From contig JBBDJY010000006.1 in assembly GCA_040879645.1 (NCBI GenBank), positions 94,240-158,239 on the forward strand: DNA of 64,000 nucleotides, written 5' to 3'. Position numbers and translations under genes: made by a program. Below the pieces are notes generated by a model. That model saw nothing but the letters and a program-made list of their open reading frames with translations, was not told the origin of the DNA and made no database searches. Positions within the stretch are counted from its first letter, which is position 1, and each line of letters opens with the position of its first letter. This document shows, piece by piece, positions 46,824 to 55,383 of the stretch. This DNA is from Minisyncoccota bacterium. GTDB lineage: Bacteria; Patescibacteriota; Minisyncoccia; Phycocordibacterales; XYD1-FULL-46-19.

Positions 46824-46857
46824 ACCTGTTCCATTCGCTAAAAGGAATGGAACAGGT
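46824..46857. terminator. 12-bp stem terminator between convergent genes.
   Basis: acctgttccatt...aatggaacaggt flanked by an A-run and a T-run. Confidence 0.75.
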
Positions 46858-46874
46858 CTTTGGAGACAAGATAG

Positions 46875-47258
46875 TCAATTGACCAAAGCGGTCTCTGGCG
46901 TTGACAATTCGTCTGACAATTCGAGACTCTTCGCGTCGAAGATGGTCCACTCCCTAGTGGTCCCGGCTTCGAGATAAACGTCGAAACGGGCGCTCCAGTC
47001 GCCAGTGAAAGACACCACCCGGAGGTCATACCAACCCGGCGGCAATCCGCGGACATCGTAGTAGGAGTTTGGCGCTAGCGTCGCCGGTAACCGATTTGTG
47101 CCCCAAGTCGTGGAAGAAGAAGAGACGACGTTGACCTCTACGAGGTAATGCGAGCTGATGTTTTTGACCCGGAGGGTCGCCGTATAGGGATCTAGTGGAC
47201 AACCGGAGAGACCAACCAGACAGAGAACAATCACCACTAAAAACAAGTATCGAGACAT
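46875..47258 (-). CDS. Small lipoprotein-like secreted protein. The start is the ATG after the cassette's Shine-Dalgarno; the listed ORF starts at a GTG inside that Shine-Dalgarno.
   Basis: MSRYLFLVVIVLCLVGLSGC (lipobox-like), about 55% GC. Confidence 0.55.
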   Translation of the reverse strand: MSRYLFLVVIVLCLVGLSGCPLDPYTATLRVKNISSHYLVEVNVVSSSSTTWGTNRLPATLAPNSYYDVRGLPPGWYDLRVVSFTGDWSARFDVYLEAGTTREWTIFDAKSLELSDELSTPETALVN

Positions 47259-47322
47259 CAGATTCACCTCCTTTCGAAGACCAAGTTTTCTCCGGAATCT
47301 GCTCCGGAAGATTATCTACCCG
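47259..47322 (-). promoter_or_regulatory. Conserved 5' leader cassette, copy A: a -10-like TAGATAAT, a 7-bp hairpin, then AAAACTTGGTCTTCGAAAGGAGGTGA.
   Basis: Shared with the cassettes at 51393-51465 and 61068-61135. Confidence 0.6.
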
Positions 47323-47366
47323 AAGTGTGCTCTGGTGTCGATTTATTGTCAATGGGTAGATAAATT

Positions 47367-48149
47367 TCATTTTATTAAATCATTCCAGAAACTAAGGCGA
47401 TTCTCTTCATAACCATTTTTCCACGAAAGGGGAATAATAAAATCTTTCTCCCATTCCCGATAATCGCCGAAAAAAGTTTTTGCAAATAGGTCTTGATAGT
47501 GCTTCATCTTCTCCTCAAGATTGGAGCTTTGGATATATTTTTGAAAAATTGAGAGAAATTCCGGATCATTTTGCTCAAAATATCTTACGGCCATCTTCTC
47601 ACCCCGCCATGGGATATCGCGGAAAGCGAAGTAGGCAGTAGTAAGTTCCATCACACTGTAAAGTAGACGGAACTCCAGGGCTTTATGGTAGAGCGAATCA
47701 GGGGCCTGATAATAACGAGAATTGGCGATAAAGTTATAATTTATTTTAAGCCAAAAATTTGTTTTCTCGGTTTTCAGAATATTTTGAGAAAGAGGGTTTT
47801 GAACGATCTTGTTTCTAAACATCGTCAATAGGTTGTCGGGATCATATTCAATCTTCCCTTTCATTAACCACTCGGCAAACATTCCCTCAAAATCATTCGC
47901 GGAGACTTCTTGCTTGGTCTGTAATTTATGGATGAAATCAACGTCAAAGAAAAAAATATCAGCAAACCGACCCTCAACCGTGGTATAAACAGACTTGAGA
48001 TCTTCATCATTTTTGTCCAACAAAACAATCAGATCAATGTCGCTTGAAGGATTAAGTTGCGAGGCGGTGGTGCCGGTAGTAAATATACCTCTTACTCGCG
48101 ATGAGGATTTTAATTTCTCCACTAATTTTGTCAGTGATGGATATTTCAT
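47367..48149 (-). CDS. Pol-beta-fold nucleotidyltransferase with a C-terminal helical domain (aminoglycoside/lincosamide nucleotidyltransferase-like).
   Basis: GIFTTGTTASQLNPSSDIDLIVLL nucleotidyltransferase motif, 260 aa. Confidence 0.55.
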   Translation of the reverse strand: MKYPSLTKLVEKLKSSSRVRGIFTTGTTASQLNPSSDIDLIVLLDKNDEDLKSVYTTVEGRFADIFFFDVDFIHKLQTKQEVSANDFEGMFAEWLMKGKIEYDPDNLLTMFRNKIVQNPLSQNILKTEKTNFWLKINYNFIANSRYYQAPDSLYHKALEFRLLYSVMELTTAYFAFRDIPWRGEKMAVRYFEQNDPEFLSIFQKYIQSSNLEEKMKHYQDLFAKTFFGDYREWEKDFIIPLSWKNGYEENRLSFWNDLIK

Positions 48150-48153
48150 AAAA

Positions 48154-48684
48154 TTACAATTTTTTACTCATTCCGATGATAATTTCGCCCTCATCTCCTT
48201 CCTCGCGCATAAACTCCTTGTATCCCAGTCTTTCGTACAGTTTGACCGCATTGATATTTGTTTCTTCAACCCCTAGAGTCACCTCTTTAAATTTGCGAGC
48301 CCGCGCCTCATCAGTGATAATTTTTACCAAATAAGAACCGATCCCTATCCCCCTTGATTCTTGTCGAACTCTAGCGTGATGCAGGTGCGCTTTGGCCTTC
48401 CCATCAGCATAAAACGTCTTGTCCATTCTGAAAACTAATTGAATTGTTCCGACAATCTTTCCCTTCAATCTGGCGCCATAAATGATTCTGTTTCCGACCG
48501 CCGCGTCTCCGATGTCTTTTTTGATGTCGGTTTTTATTTTAATTTTACGATTAGAATCCGCTTCCGGATAGAGTGAAATTATATCCTCCGAGTTGGTTAT
48601 TGTGAAAATCTCCAGATCTTTCATCTTACTTATAACCATAGCAAATGTTATAACGCTAAACAAATCAGGTTTCGATGCCCGCAC
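48154..48684 (-). CDS. GNAT family N-acetyltransferase.
   Basis: QESRGIGIGSYLV (motif A) ... NINAVKLYERLGY, 176 aa. Confidence 0.7.
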   Translation of the reverse strand: MRASKPDLFSVITFAMVISKMKDLEIFTITNSEDIISLYPEADSNRKIKIKTDIKKDIGDAAVGNRIIYGARLKGKIVGTIQLVFRMDKTFYADGKAKAHLHHARVRQESRGIGIGSYLVKIITDEARARKFKEVTLGVEETNINAVKLYERLGYKEFMREEGDEGEIIIGMSKKL

Positions 48685-48716
48685 TTTTCTTGTAGAGATA
48701 GAGAATGCCAGTATTT

Positions 48717-50402
48717 TCAGGCGTTGTTTTTAGGCACGTTTTTAGGTTTGTTCGTAAAGGCGGAATAATCAGCCACGCGAGTCAGTGACCCTTCGGCCAA
48801 GATGTAAGTGGAGTCAAGTTTAGCCCGCTCGAGAAAGTAGCGGTCATGTGAGACAAGAATGACCGTTCCGGTGTAAGTTGACAGGGTCTTTTCCAAGGCA
48901 AAAAGGGCAGCCAAGTCCAGGTGATTGGTCGGTTCATCAAGAATTAATGTATTCACCGACCGAGCGGAGAAGATGGCCAGAAGCAGGCGAGCTCGCTCGC
49001 CGGGACTTAGAGTCCCAACCAATTGCTTGACGCGGCTTTTATCAAAGCCAAACTTGGCCAGTTTGGCATAGGACTCTTGGCGACCCAATTTCGCTTGCTT
49101 CATCACACACTCAAGTAATGACAAATCTCGAGGCAAAGTTTCGTGTTCTTGCATCAAATTACCAACTTTAACGCCGGAACCGAGCTTGACCTCGCCGGCC
49201 AGCGGTGGCAGTTTGCCGGTAATTGTCTTGAGTAGAGTTGACTTGCCCGAACCGTTCAAACCAATGATTCCCAGACGATTGCCGTAGGAAATGTCCAAAG
49301 ATAACGGACCAACACGAAAGCCATCAGGGTAACCGGCAACCACGTCACTCAAAGACAAATGGCGCCGACCGGGGCCGGTTTTTGCCTCAAGCGGAATGGC
49401 AAAATCATCGGACTCAAACGGCTTTTCAATTTTCTCCATCTGGCCAATCCGCTTCTCAATCACTTTGGCGGCCCGGGCCGATTGTCCGGCCCGTTCACGC
49501 TTGAAACCCTTGAGCAGCTTGTCTCCATCGCTCCCCTGCCAGTGTGACCCTTTTTCTGATGATTGGCGTTTTTTCCTAGCGGTTTCGGTTAGGCGCTTAA
49601 CCTCTTTTTGCTGGAGGGTGTATTCGGTCTCTTGCCTGGCATTTTCTTTGGCCAATCTGGCCAAATAATCGCTGTAGGTACCACCAGAGACAATCAGGGT
49701 TTGCTGGCGAGAGTCTAGCCGGAAAATCTTTTTGGTCGTCCGGTCAAGAAATTGCCGATCATGAGAGACGACAATGCAAGTCGCCGAAATTTGCCGGATG
49801 AATTCCTCAAGCCAAATGAGAGCTGGTAAATCAAGATTATTGGTTGGTTCGTCAAGTAGAAGTAAATCAACCCCCCGGAGAAGAACTCCGGCCAAGGCCA
49901 CTTTGCTCTTCTGTCCGCTACTCAAGGCCGTCAACGGCTTATCAATATCGTCCTCGGTTAAACCAAATCCGGAAATGATTGCCTTCAACCTGAAGGTAAA
50001 AGTATAACCATCTAAACGCAAGTACTCTTCGTGTAGCTGATTATACTTTTGGGCCTGATCGGGTTGGTGAAGATCTGGCGACAAGTTCTCCAGTTCCTTT
50101 TCAATCTTGTCGATGCCGAGTAAAGCTCGAAGATGCTCGCCGACCGTTTCCTCTCCGGTCAAGCTCGTGTCTTGGGGCAAATAGCCGAGGCGAAGATCTT
50201 TCGCCAGCTTAATTTCACCACCATCAAGTTCTTCCAGACCGGCAATGATTTTAAGCAAAGTGGTCTTGCCGGACCCATTGTCTCCGACTAGGGCCACCTT
50301 GTCCCCTTCTTCCACCAAGAAAGAAACATCAGCCAACAAAGTCAGTGAGCCGTAGTTCTTGTGGATGTTTTTAGCTTGAATCATGCTCATATCTCCTTCC
50401 AC
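48717..50402 (-). CDS. ABC-F family ATPase (two nucleotide-binding domains, no transmembrane domain; EttA/Uup or ARE type).
   Basis: GDNGSGKTT + LSGGQKSKVALAG, then GLNGSGKST + LSPGERARL, with a charged linker; 561 aa. Confidence 0.85.
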   Translation of the reverse strand: MEGDMSMIQAKNIHKNYGSLTLLADVSFLVEEGDKVALVGDNGSGKTTLLKIIAGLEELDGGEIKLAKDLRLGYLPQDTSLTGEETVGEHLRALLGIDKIEKELENLSPDLHQPDQAQKYNQLHEEYLRLDGYTFTFRLKAIISGFGLTEDDIDKPLTALSSGQKSKVALAGVLLRGVDLLLLDEPTNNLDLPALIWLEEFIRQISATCIVVSHDRQFLDRTTKKIFRLDSRQQTLIVSGGTYSDYLARLAKENARQETEYTLQQKEVKRLTETARKKRQSSEKGSHWQGSDGDKLLKGFKRERAGQSARAAKVIEKRIGQMEKIEKPFESDDFAIPLEAKTGPGRRHLSLSDVVAGYPDGFRVGPLSLDISYGNRLGIIGLNGSGKSTLLKTITGKLPPLAGEVKLGSGVKVGNLMQEHETLPRDLSLLECVMKQAKLGRQESYAKLAKFGFDKSRVKQLVGTLSPGERARLLLAIFSARSVNTLILDEPTNHLDLAALFALEKTLSTYTGTVILVSHDRYFLERAKLDSTYILAEGSLTRVADYSAFTNKPKNVPKNNA

Positions 50403-51031
50403 TTAACCGCAATAAGATTATTATCTTCTTTCCAAGGCTTAGACATTGCTTTGATAAAAGTTTTTCGACCAACTTTCCGATTTTTAATTGGTGGCAATCC
50501 CGGATCATGGAAAGTAATATTATTATCTTCTATTGCCGTGATTAGAACCAAATGACTGGCATATCCTTTCTTTCTTTCCAAAACGTAAGGGTTAATTGAT
50601 ATCATAACCAAAAAGCCGTCATAGAAATACCTCTCAATATCACTGATAGAAATTTTTTTATTTATTAATTTAATTAAGGGATTCTTGATCAATTTCCGGG
50701 CTTGTATCTGTTCATTATCTAAATCAGAATATTTTTCTTGAACTTCAAAAACCTCTTTGCTCCAAATTTGGGCTAAATATTTTTTTCCTTGGCGAACAAA
50801 CTTTTTATAGTCGAGATTTTCAATATTAACCACCTCAAATCCCAGATTGGCTAAATATAGTAATCCTTGACTCTGCCAAGTCCATTGTTTCGGCTTATGA
50901 CCAATCAGGGGATCTAATATGTGATAGGGATAATTTTTATTCGGCAAATAATATTTTAAAACCATCCGCCAGCAAGCTGGCAAGCAACGAGTGTCATCTT
51001 TAGTATTTTTGTAAAAAGGAATATTAAGCAT
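50387..51031 (-). CDS. Standalone peptidase C39-like (papain-fold, bacteriocin-processing type) domain protein. The start is probably MLNIPFY; the listed ORF runs to 51076 through a terminator.
   Basis: DTRCLPACWRMVLKYY (catalytic Cys motif) and SHLVLITAIEDNNITFHDPG (His motif). Confidence 0.5.
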   Translation of the reverse strand: MLNIPFYKNTKDDTRCLPACWRMVLKYYLPNKNYPYHILDPLIGHKPKQWTWQSQGLLYLANLGFEVVNIENLDYKKFVRQGKKYLAQIWSKEVFEVQEKYSDLDNEQIQARKLIKNPLIKLINKKISISDIERYFYDGFLVMISINPYVLERKKGYASHLVLITAIEDNNITFHDPGLPPIKNRKVGRKTFIKAMSKPWKEDNNLIAVKWKEI

Positions 51032-51063
51032 AATTTTTATTAGGATAACACATAAATAAAATA

Positions 51064-51095
51064 GGCGGCAGGTCATGACCTGCCGCCAAGTGTCT
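51064..51095 (-). terminator. Rho-independent terminator after the Gly-rich micro-ORF.
   Basis: ggcggcaggtcatgacctgccgcc plus a T-rich run on the minus strand. Confidence 0.75.
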
Positions 51096-51112
51096 GACAG
51101 GGATTACTTCTT

Positions 51113-51181
51113 CCTGCCACCACCACCTCCGCCGCAACCACCACCGTTGTGATTACCGCCGTTGCCGGACATACTAACACC
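51113..51181 (-). CDS. 22-aa Gly-rich, Cys-containing micro-ORF, MSGNGGNHNGGGCGGGGGGRKK, with a strong Shine-Dalgarno. An in-frame 28-aa form starts at MRGGVS.
   Basis: GAGAGGAGGTGTTAGT ATG. Terminator immediately downstream. It is co-transcribed with the 61-aa ORF from the leader cassette. Confidence 0.35.
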
Positions 51182-51206
51182 TCCTCTCATATGGATTTTT
51201 TGCCTG

Positions 51207-51392
51207 CTACTTCTCAAGTGGCAAACGAATGCCCAAGGGTGAAAAGGAAGGATAACTAGTATTATATCTCTTCCTCCTATCCTTACTCCTCCTCCGCTCA
51301 GGGATTTTTGGGTCAGGATAGTTGAACCAAGGATTTTGTTGGCTTGAGGTTGAGTCAGAGGAAAATCCTGGCACTAGTTCTTCCGGGATCAT
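51207..51392 (-). CDS. 61-aa hypothetical peptide MIPEELVPGFSSDSTSSQQNPWFNYPDPKIPERRRSKDRRKRYNTSYPSFSPLGIRLPLEK.
   Basis: The ATG lies 9 nt after the cassette's AGGAGGTGA. The listed ORF starts at a GTG in that Shine-Dalgarno. Confidence 0.4.
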   Translation of the reverse strand: MIPEELVPGFSSDSTSSQQNPWFNYPDPKIPERRRSKDRRKRYNTSYPSFSPLGIRLPLEK

Positions 51393-51465
51393 AATGATGT
51401 TCTCACCTCCTTTCAAAGATCAGTTCTTCCCGGAACCCATTTTCCGGGAAATCTAATATCAGTCT
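51393..51465 (-). promoter_or_regulatory. Conserved 5' leader cassette, copy B: TATTAGAT, a 9-bp hairpin TTCCCGGAA/TTCCGGGAA, then ...CTTTGAAAGGAGGTGA.
   Basis: Seen directly; compare copies A and C. Confidence 0.6.
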
Positions 51466-51476
51466 AACCCGATGTC

Positions 51477-51500
51477 TTTTGTTGGCAATAGCCGACAAAC
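51477..51500. promoter_or_regulatory. 20-bp imperfect palindrome TTGTTGGCAATAGCCGACAA (operator-like), copy B.
   Basis: Identical core at 59810-59829 and 61149-61168. Confidence 0.5.
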
Positions 51501-51592
51501 TGAAATAAAAATCAAGCCAAAATCCCCTTTATTTAAAATGTATTTTCTCCTCCGCAAAAAATTTCTCTGATTCTGTCGGCCGGTGACAACAC

Positions 51593-53269
51593 TTACTCTC
51601 CTGCTTGCTTTATTTCCTCTCGATTAGCCGAGGCGGCATCAGGTAATTCAAGGGTAAAAGTGGAGCCCTGGTCCTTGCCGGGCGAATTGGCGATAATTTG
51701 TCCTTGATGGGCTTCAATGATTTGTTTGGCGACAAACATTCCCAGACCGGTACCTTTGACATTTATCTTCCCCTCATCATCAGCCCGAACAAATTTTTGA
51801 AACAGTTTTTCAATTTCCTCCGCTTCCAAACCGACACCGGTGTCGGTGACATCAATCCTCACCTTTCCATCACCGGACTTAACCGCTACCTTTACCGAAC
51901 CGGCCGGCGTGTACTTAATCGCATTGTCGATAACATTGGAAATTACCTGACCGATTTTACCACTGTCGCCATAAACCAAGTACTCACCCTTGTCAGCCGT
52001 AAAGGATAATTTGATTTTCTGATTCTTGGCTGTCGCTTCGTATTCTTTAAGAACTTGTTCGGTTAAGTTCTTAAGATCAAATTCAGTCAATTCATATTTC
52101 ATCTTGCCCAATTCAATTCGCGTGATATTAAGAAAATCTTCAATCACCCGGACCAATTTCTGGCTGGATTCAAATACAATATCAACCTTTTCCTTTATTT
52201 TTTTCGGTACTTTTCCAAATGACCCTTCCAAAATCATTGATGAATACCCCTTGATGGCGGTCAACGGTGCCCGCAACTGATGCGAAGCGATAGAAACAAA
52301 TTCGGTCTTTTGTTTGTCCAATTCTTTCAATTTTTCATTAGCCCCAAACAAAGCTTTATTGACCTCTCTTAATTCTCCAGCCAATTTTTCAATGTGCTCT
52401 CTTTGTTTTATTTCCCGACGAACACTACGAATTAAATAAATGCCGAATATAAGTATTGATACAAAAATTAACGAATCCACCGCTCTTTCTATGATAGTGT
52501 TTGATCTAAATATTTGAGAAAAAATTATAATCCACAAAACTATTATAACTGCCTCAGTCACTATTATTTTAATATTAAAAAGTTCATATTTAGTAATTGC
52601 ATAGGCGGTTATCCCCATAAAAATTAGTGCATAAATAGAAATCAGGGGTAAAAATATTCCATTTCCGTAGATTATTATTGGAAGTAAGATTGTCCCAATA
52701 AGCAATAATAGCATCAGTGATATTCCGATTAAAATTAAAATGGATTGATATTGTCTGACTCCACTGTACTCTATTGTTTTTTTAAATAGAAAATATATGG
52801 CCAAGACACTAAACAAGGTAGATATAATCGCAAATGGAATTATTCCTAATCCAGCAATGGGATTTCCGCTATTATCTGTGGTATGGGTAAAGGCATAAGG
52901 AGATATATTTATAATTGCCATTACCGCAGTAAGAAGTAAAATTAAAACAAAATTACGTTGCGACATCATTATTTTATGACTTGGTATTGTATGGGCAAAT
53001 AGAAGGAACAAGGCGCTCATTAATGCCGCGAACATTATGCTAAGACGATGAAAGAAAATAGCTAATGATTCTATTTCTGGTAGTCCGGCTATATATCCTG
53101 ACCATAACCAAAACAATATAAAAATACTTAGCAATGAAAAAATTATATTGGTAGCACTTTTTTTATTACTGTAATAAATAGTAAAAATCAGTACGATTGA
53201 TCCTATCGACACTCCAGCAAGAAAAAATAACTCTAATTCACTTACTATATTAGAAAAAATTTCAATCAT
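51593..53269 (-). CDS. Sensor histidine kinase with a 7-transmembrane N-terminal domain; no response regulator is adjacent.
   Basis: HisKA region VSIASHQLRAPLTAIKGY, HATPase_c region DTGVGLEAEE...GTGLGMFVAKQII, 558 aa. Confidence 0.85.
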   Translation of the reverse strand: MIEIFSNIVSELELFFLAGVSIGSIVLIFTIYYSNKKSATNIIFSLLSIFILFWLWSGYIAGLPEIESLAIFFHRLSIMFAALMSALFLLFAHTIPSHKIMMSQRNFVLILLLTAVMAIINISPYAFTHTTDNSGNPIAGLGIIPFAIISTLFSVLAIYFLFKKTIEYSGVRQYQSILILIGISLMLLLLIGTILLPIIIYGNGIFLPLISIYALIFMGITAYAITKYELFNIKIIVTEAVIIVLWIIIFSQIFRSNTIIERAVDSLIFVSILIFGIYLIRSVRREIKQREHIEKLAGELREVNKALFGANEKLKELDKQKTEFVSIASHQLRAPLTAIKGYSSMILEGSFGKVPKKIKEKVDIVFESSQKLVRVIEDFLNITRIELGKMKYELTEFDLKNLTEQVLKEYEATAKNQKIKLSFTADKGEYLVYGDSGKIGQVISNVIDNAIKYTPAGSVKVAVKSGDGKVRIDVTDTGVGLEAEEIEKLFQKFVRADDEGKINVKGTGLGMFVAKQIIEAHQGQIIANSPGKDQGSTFTLELPDAASANREEIKQAGE

Positions 53270-54330
53270 CTGTAATTTATTTTAGGTAATAACTTTGTCG
53301 ATTTAGCTGAAGGCTCTCCGTCATATCCTATGCGCAGGATCGTTGTGATAATCCCATTTAATCTACAAATTGACTCTATCCCATGATAAGCCGTCTTAAT
53401 TTCATTATTGTCTTTTTCCGTAAATACCTGTGAAGCGGTTTTTTCTTCAACGGCTTGGTGAAAGAATAATAACCCACTGTTTAATTGTACTGACAAATTA
53501 TTTTTTGTTGCCGCTAACCAAATTGATTGGACTTGTCTCCCAACGTCAATAAAAGATTTACTATCTTTTAACTTAGCGCTAATAATACACAGCCCGGCAC
53601 AAGCGGAATGTGTCTCCTTATTTTCTGCGGCAATTTTTTTAGCGATGCCTAGTTTAAGCGCCAAAGACATAATTGGCCAATATTTAAGTAATCGCATCAA
53701 TAGTCTTTTGCCGAAGCTTAATTCCAGTGTATGGATTAATAGTCCCCCACCTCTTAACTTTTCTTCATTTTTATTCCAAACCAATTCTTTAAAAAAAAGT
53801 CTGTTTAAAAATTTATTTTCAAACATTATTCTTTCACCGACTGATAAATATTTAGCGATTTCGTCTATACTCGTTCGATTATAGATAAAATTAACATTTA
53901 CTTGATTATTAAAATTTATATATTTTTTTAAATCTGAAACAACGTTTTCCGTGATTGCCTCTTTGGCGTAAGGTTTTCGATTAGAGGCCCGCTTATGCAA
54001 ATAACTGTATAAAGGGCTTAATTTAACCGAGTCATCGTCTATTAACTCTATCGAAGCCGTTAATTTGGGCTCATTTTGATTAGGAAATATTTTTACAATA
54101 GCTTTTAAGTTGTGCTTGGTCGAAGCAATGGCAATATTTTCAATCAAGGCCCCATGAGCGATATAGGTTCCTCGATTTCGGACGTTTAGAACCGCGTGAT
54201 CTTTTTCCGGCTGAGCAAATATATTAATGGTGTTATCTTTTATTTCAAAGTACCAAGGCTGAGAATTTCCTCCCGATGGAGCATCGTAACTATCAGCCAG
54301 TATTTTTTCTATTATCACCTGATTAACCAT
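53266..54330 (-). CDS. Nitroreductase-family flavoprotein, enlarged (354 aa; tandem or SagB-like dehydrogenase type).
   Basis: PSGGNSQPWYF signature near the N-terminus. The length exceeds simple nitroreductases of about 200 aa. Confidence 0.6.
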   Translation of the reverse strand: MVNQVIIEKILADSYDAPSGGNSQPWYFEIKDNTINIFAQPEKDHAVLNVRNRGTYIAHGALIENIAIASTKHNLKAIVKIFPNQNEPKLTASIELIDDDSVKLSPLYSYLHKRASNRKPYAKEAITENVVSDLKKYINFNNQVNVNFIYNRTSIDEIAKYLSVGERIMFENKFLNRLFFKELVWNKNEEKLRGGGLLIHTLELSFGKRLLMRLLKYWPIMSLALKLGIAKKIAAENKETHSACAGLCIISAKLKDSKSFIDVGRQVQSIWLAATKNNLSVQLNSGLLFFHQAVEEKTASQVFTEKDNNEIKTAYHGIESICRLNGIITTILRIGYDGEPSAKSTKLLPKINYR

Positions 54331-54337
54331 AGTTTTA

Positions 54338-55378
54338 TTATATCAAATTTTCATTAAAACCACTCTCTTTAATCCCGGTCGCCTTTATTATTTTAGCCAC
54401 CCCTTTTTGCCAAGTGGCAATCGGGGTGATTTTAAGTCGAGGAATATCCGGCACTTGTTCATCAACCATATATCTAAATTCTCCGGCGGTCAGAAGAGAT
54501 CCAATTAGTAATCCTTCGGCGGTTAACAGGTTGGAAAATTTGGTTAAATCCTCGATGTTTTCTATCTTTTCAGTTTTCAGATAGTGTTGTAAAGTTTTTG
54601 TGGTTATTTGCCCGGAGACATACAACTTTTTTGTAAGCTCTATCAATTTGTCCATATCTAACCAGTAGGTTGGGAATTTATAGGAATAAAAAGATCGGTC
54701 AACATTTAATTTTTTATTGGGAGGCAGGCCTAAAGTTTCTTCGGCGGCAATAAAAGGCATGGCGGTTACTTTCCCATTTTTATTCAGGGCAATCACTTTA
54801 TTTTGGATATCACCCCTGACGATAGCGGTAACATATTCAAAGGTATTGATGTCTTCAGAATAATCAGCTATAAATTGCGCCTGCATCAGGGCGAAACATA
54901 TAGCGGTAAATTTATGTTTAGTTGAGTTTTTTTTGTTTATAAAACACGGATGAACCCCACACATTCTGGAGTCAGAATACACTTTAGACCATAGATTCTT
55001 ATTTGACCAATTCATTTTGTCGCACAGTAACTTAGGTACCGGCTGATTTTTATATTTATACAATTCTATTTCTCCAATCCCGGTAAATAATCCATCCCCG
55101 GGAACCATGCGCACACTCAACCATTCTTCGGTTTCTTTACCGTACCGGGCCCGGGCAAGATAGATAACAGCCTTATCGTCATATTTATCAAATAATTCCC
55201 GTGCCCCATATTTTTTGTATGAACCTCTGGCCAAGGCCAGGATTTTATACAGGCTTTTATCTAACCACTTTTTGTTATTTAAGTCTTTGGCACGGTAAAT
55301 CTCAAATTCTGCTTCAGCTGTAGAATAAACAGCTAAGGGTTTGGGTAATTTAAGCAGTGTCTCTGATATATTATTCAT
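54338..55378 (-). CDS. Hypothetical protein (346 aa) with a possible acyltransferase-like fold (very weak LuxI/FeeM/FemX-like impression).
   Basis: No clear motif was found. It is tightly packed inside the operon. Confidence 0.4.
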   Translation of the reverse strand: MNNISETLLKLPKPLAVYSTAEAEFEIYRAKDLNNKKWLDKSLYKILALARGSYKKYGARELFDKYDDKAVIYLARARYGKETEEWLSVRMVPGDGLFTGIGEIELYKYKNQPVPKLLCDKMNWSNKNLWSKVYSDSRMCGVHPCFINKKNSTKHKFTAICFALMQAQFIADYSEDINTFEYVTAIVRGDIQNKVIALNKNGKVTAMPFIAAEETLGLPPNKKLNVDRSFYSYKFPTYWLDMDKLIELTKKLYVSGQITTKTLQHYLKTEKIENIEDLTKFSNLLTAEGLLIGSLLTAGEFRYMVDEQVPDIPRLKITPIATWQKGVAKIIKATGIKESGFNENLI

Positions 55379-55383
55379 TGTAA

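Noticed and set aside
47026-47370. ORF 47026-47370(-), 114 aa.
   Set aside because: It overlaps the lipoprotein gene in another frame and the leader cassette. It has no start context.
51100-51200. Reading the Gly-rich micro-ORF as a C-terminal extension of the 61-aa ORF by read-through or frameshift.
   Set aside because: The two are separated by TAG plus 34 nt in a different frame, with a second in-frame stop. They are independent ORFs.
54338-55378. A YcaO cyclodehydratase that would complete a TOMM trio.
   Set aside because: There is no ExxER ATP/Mg-binding motif and no Pro-rich C-terminus. The resemblance to anything is weak, so it is left as unknown.
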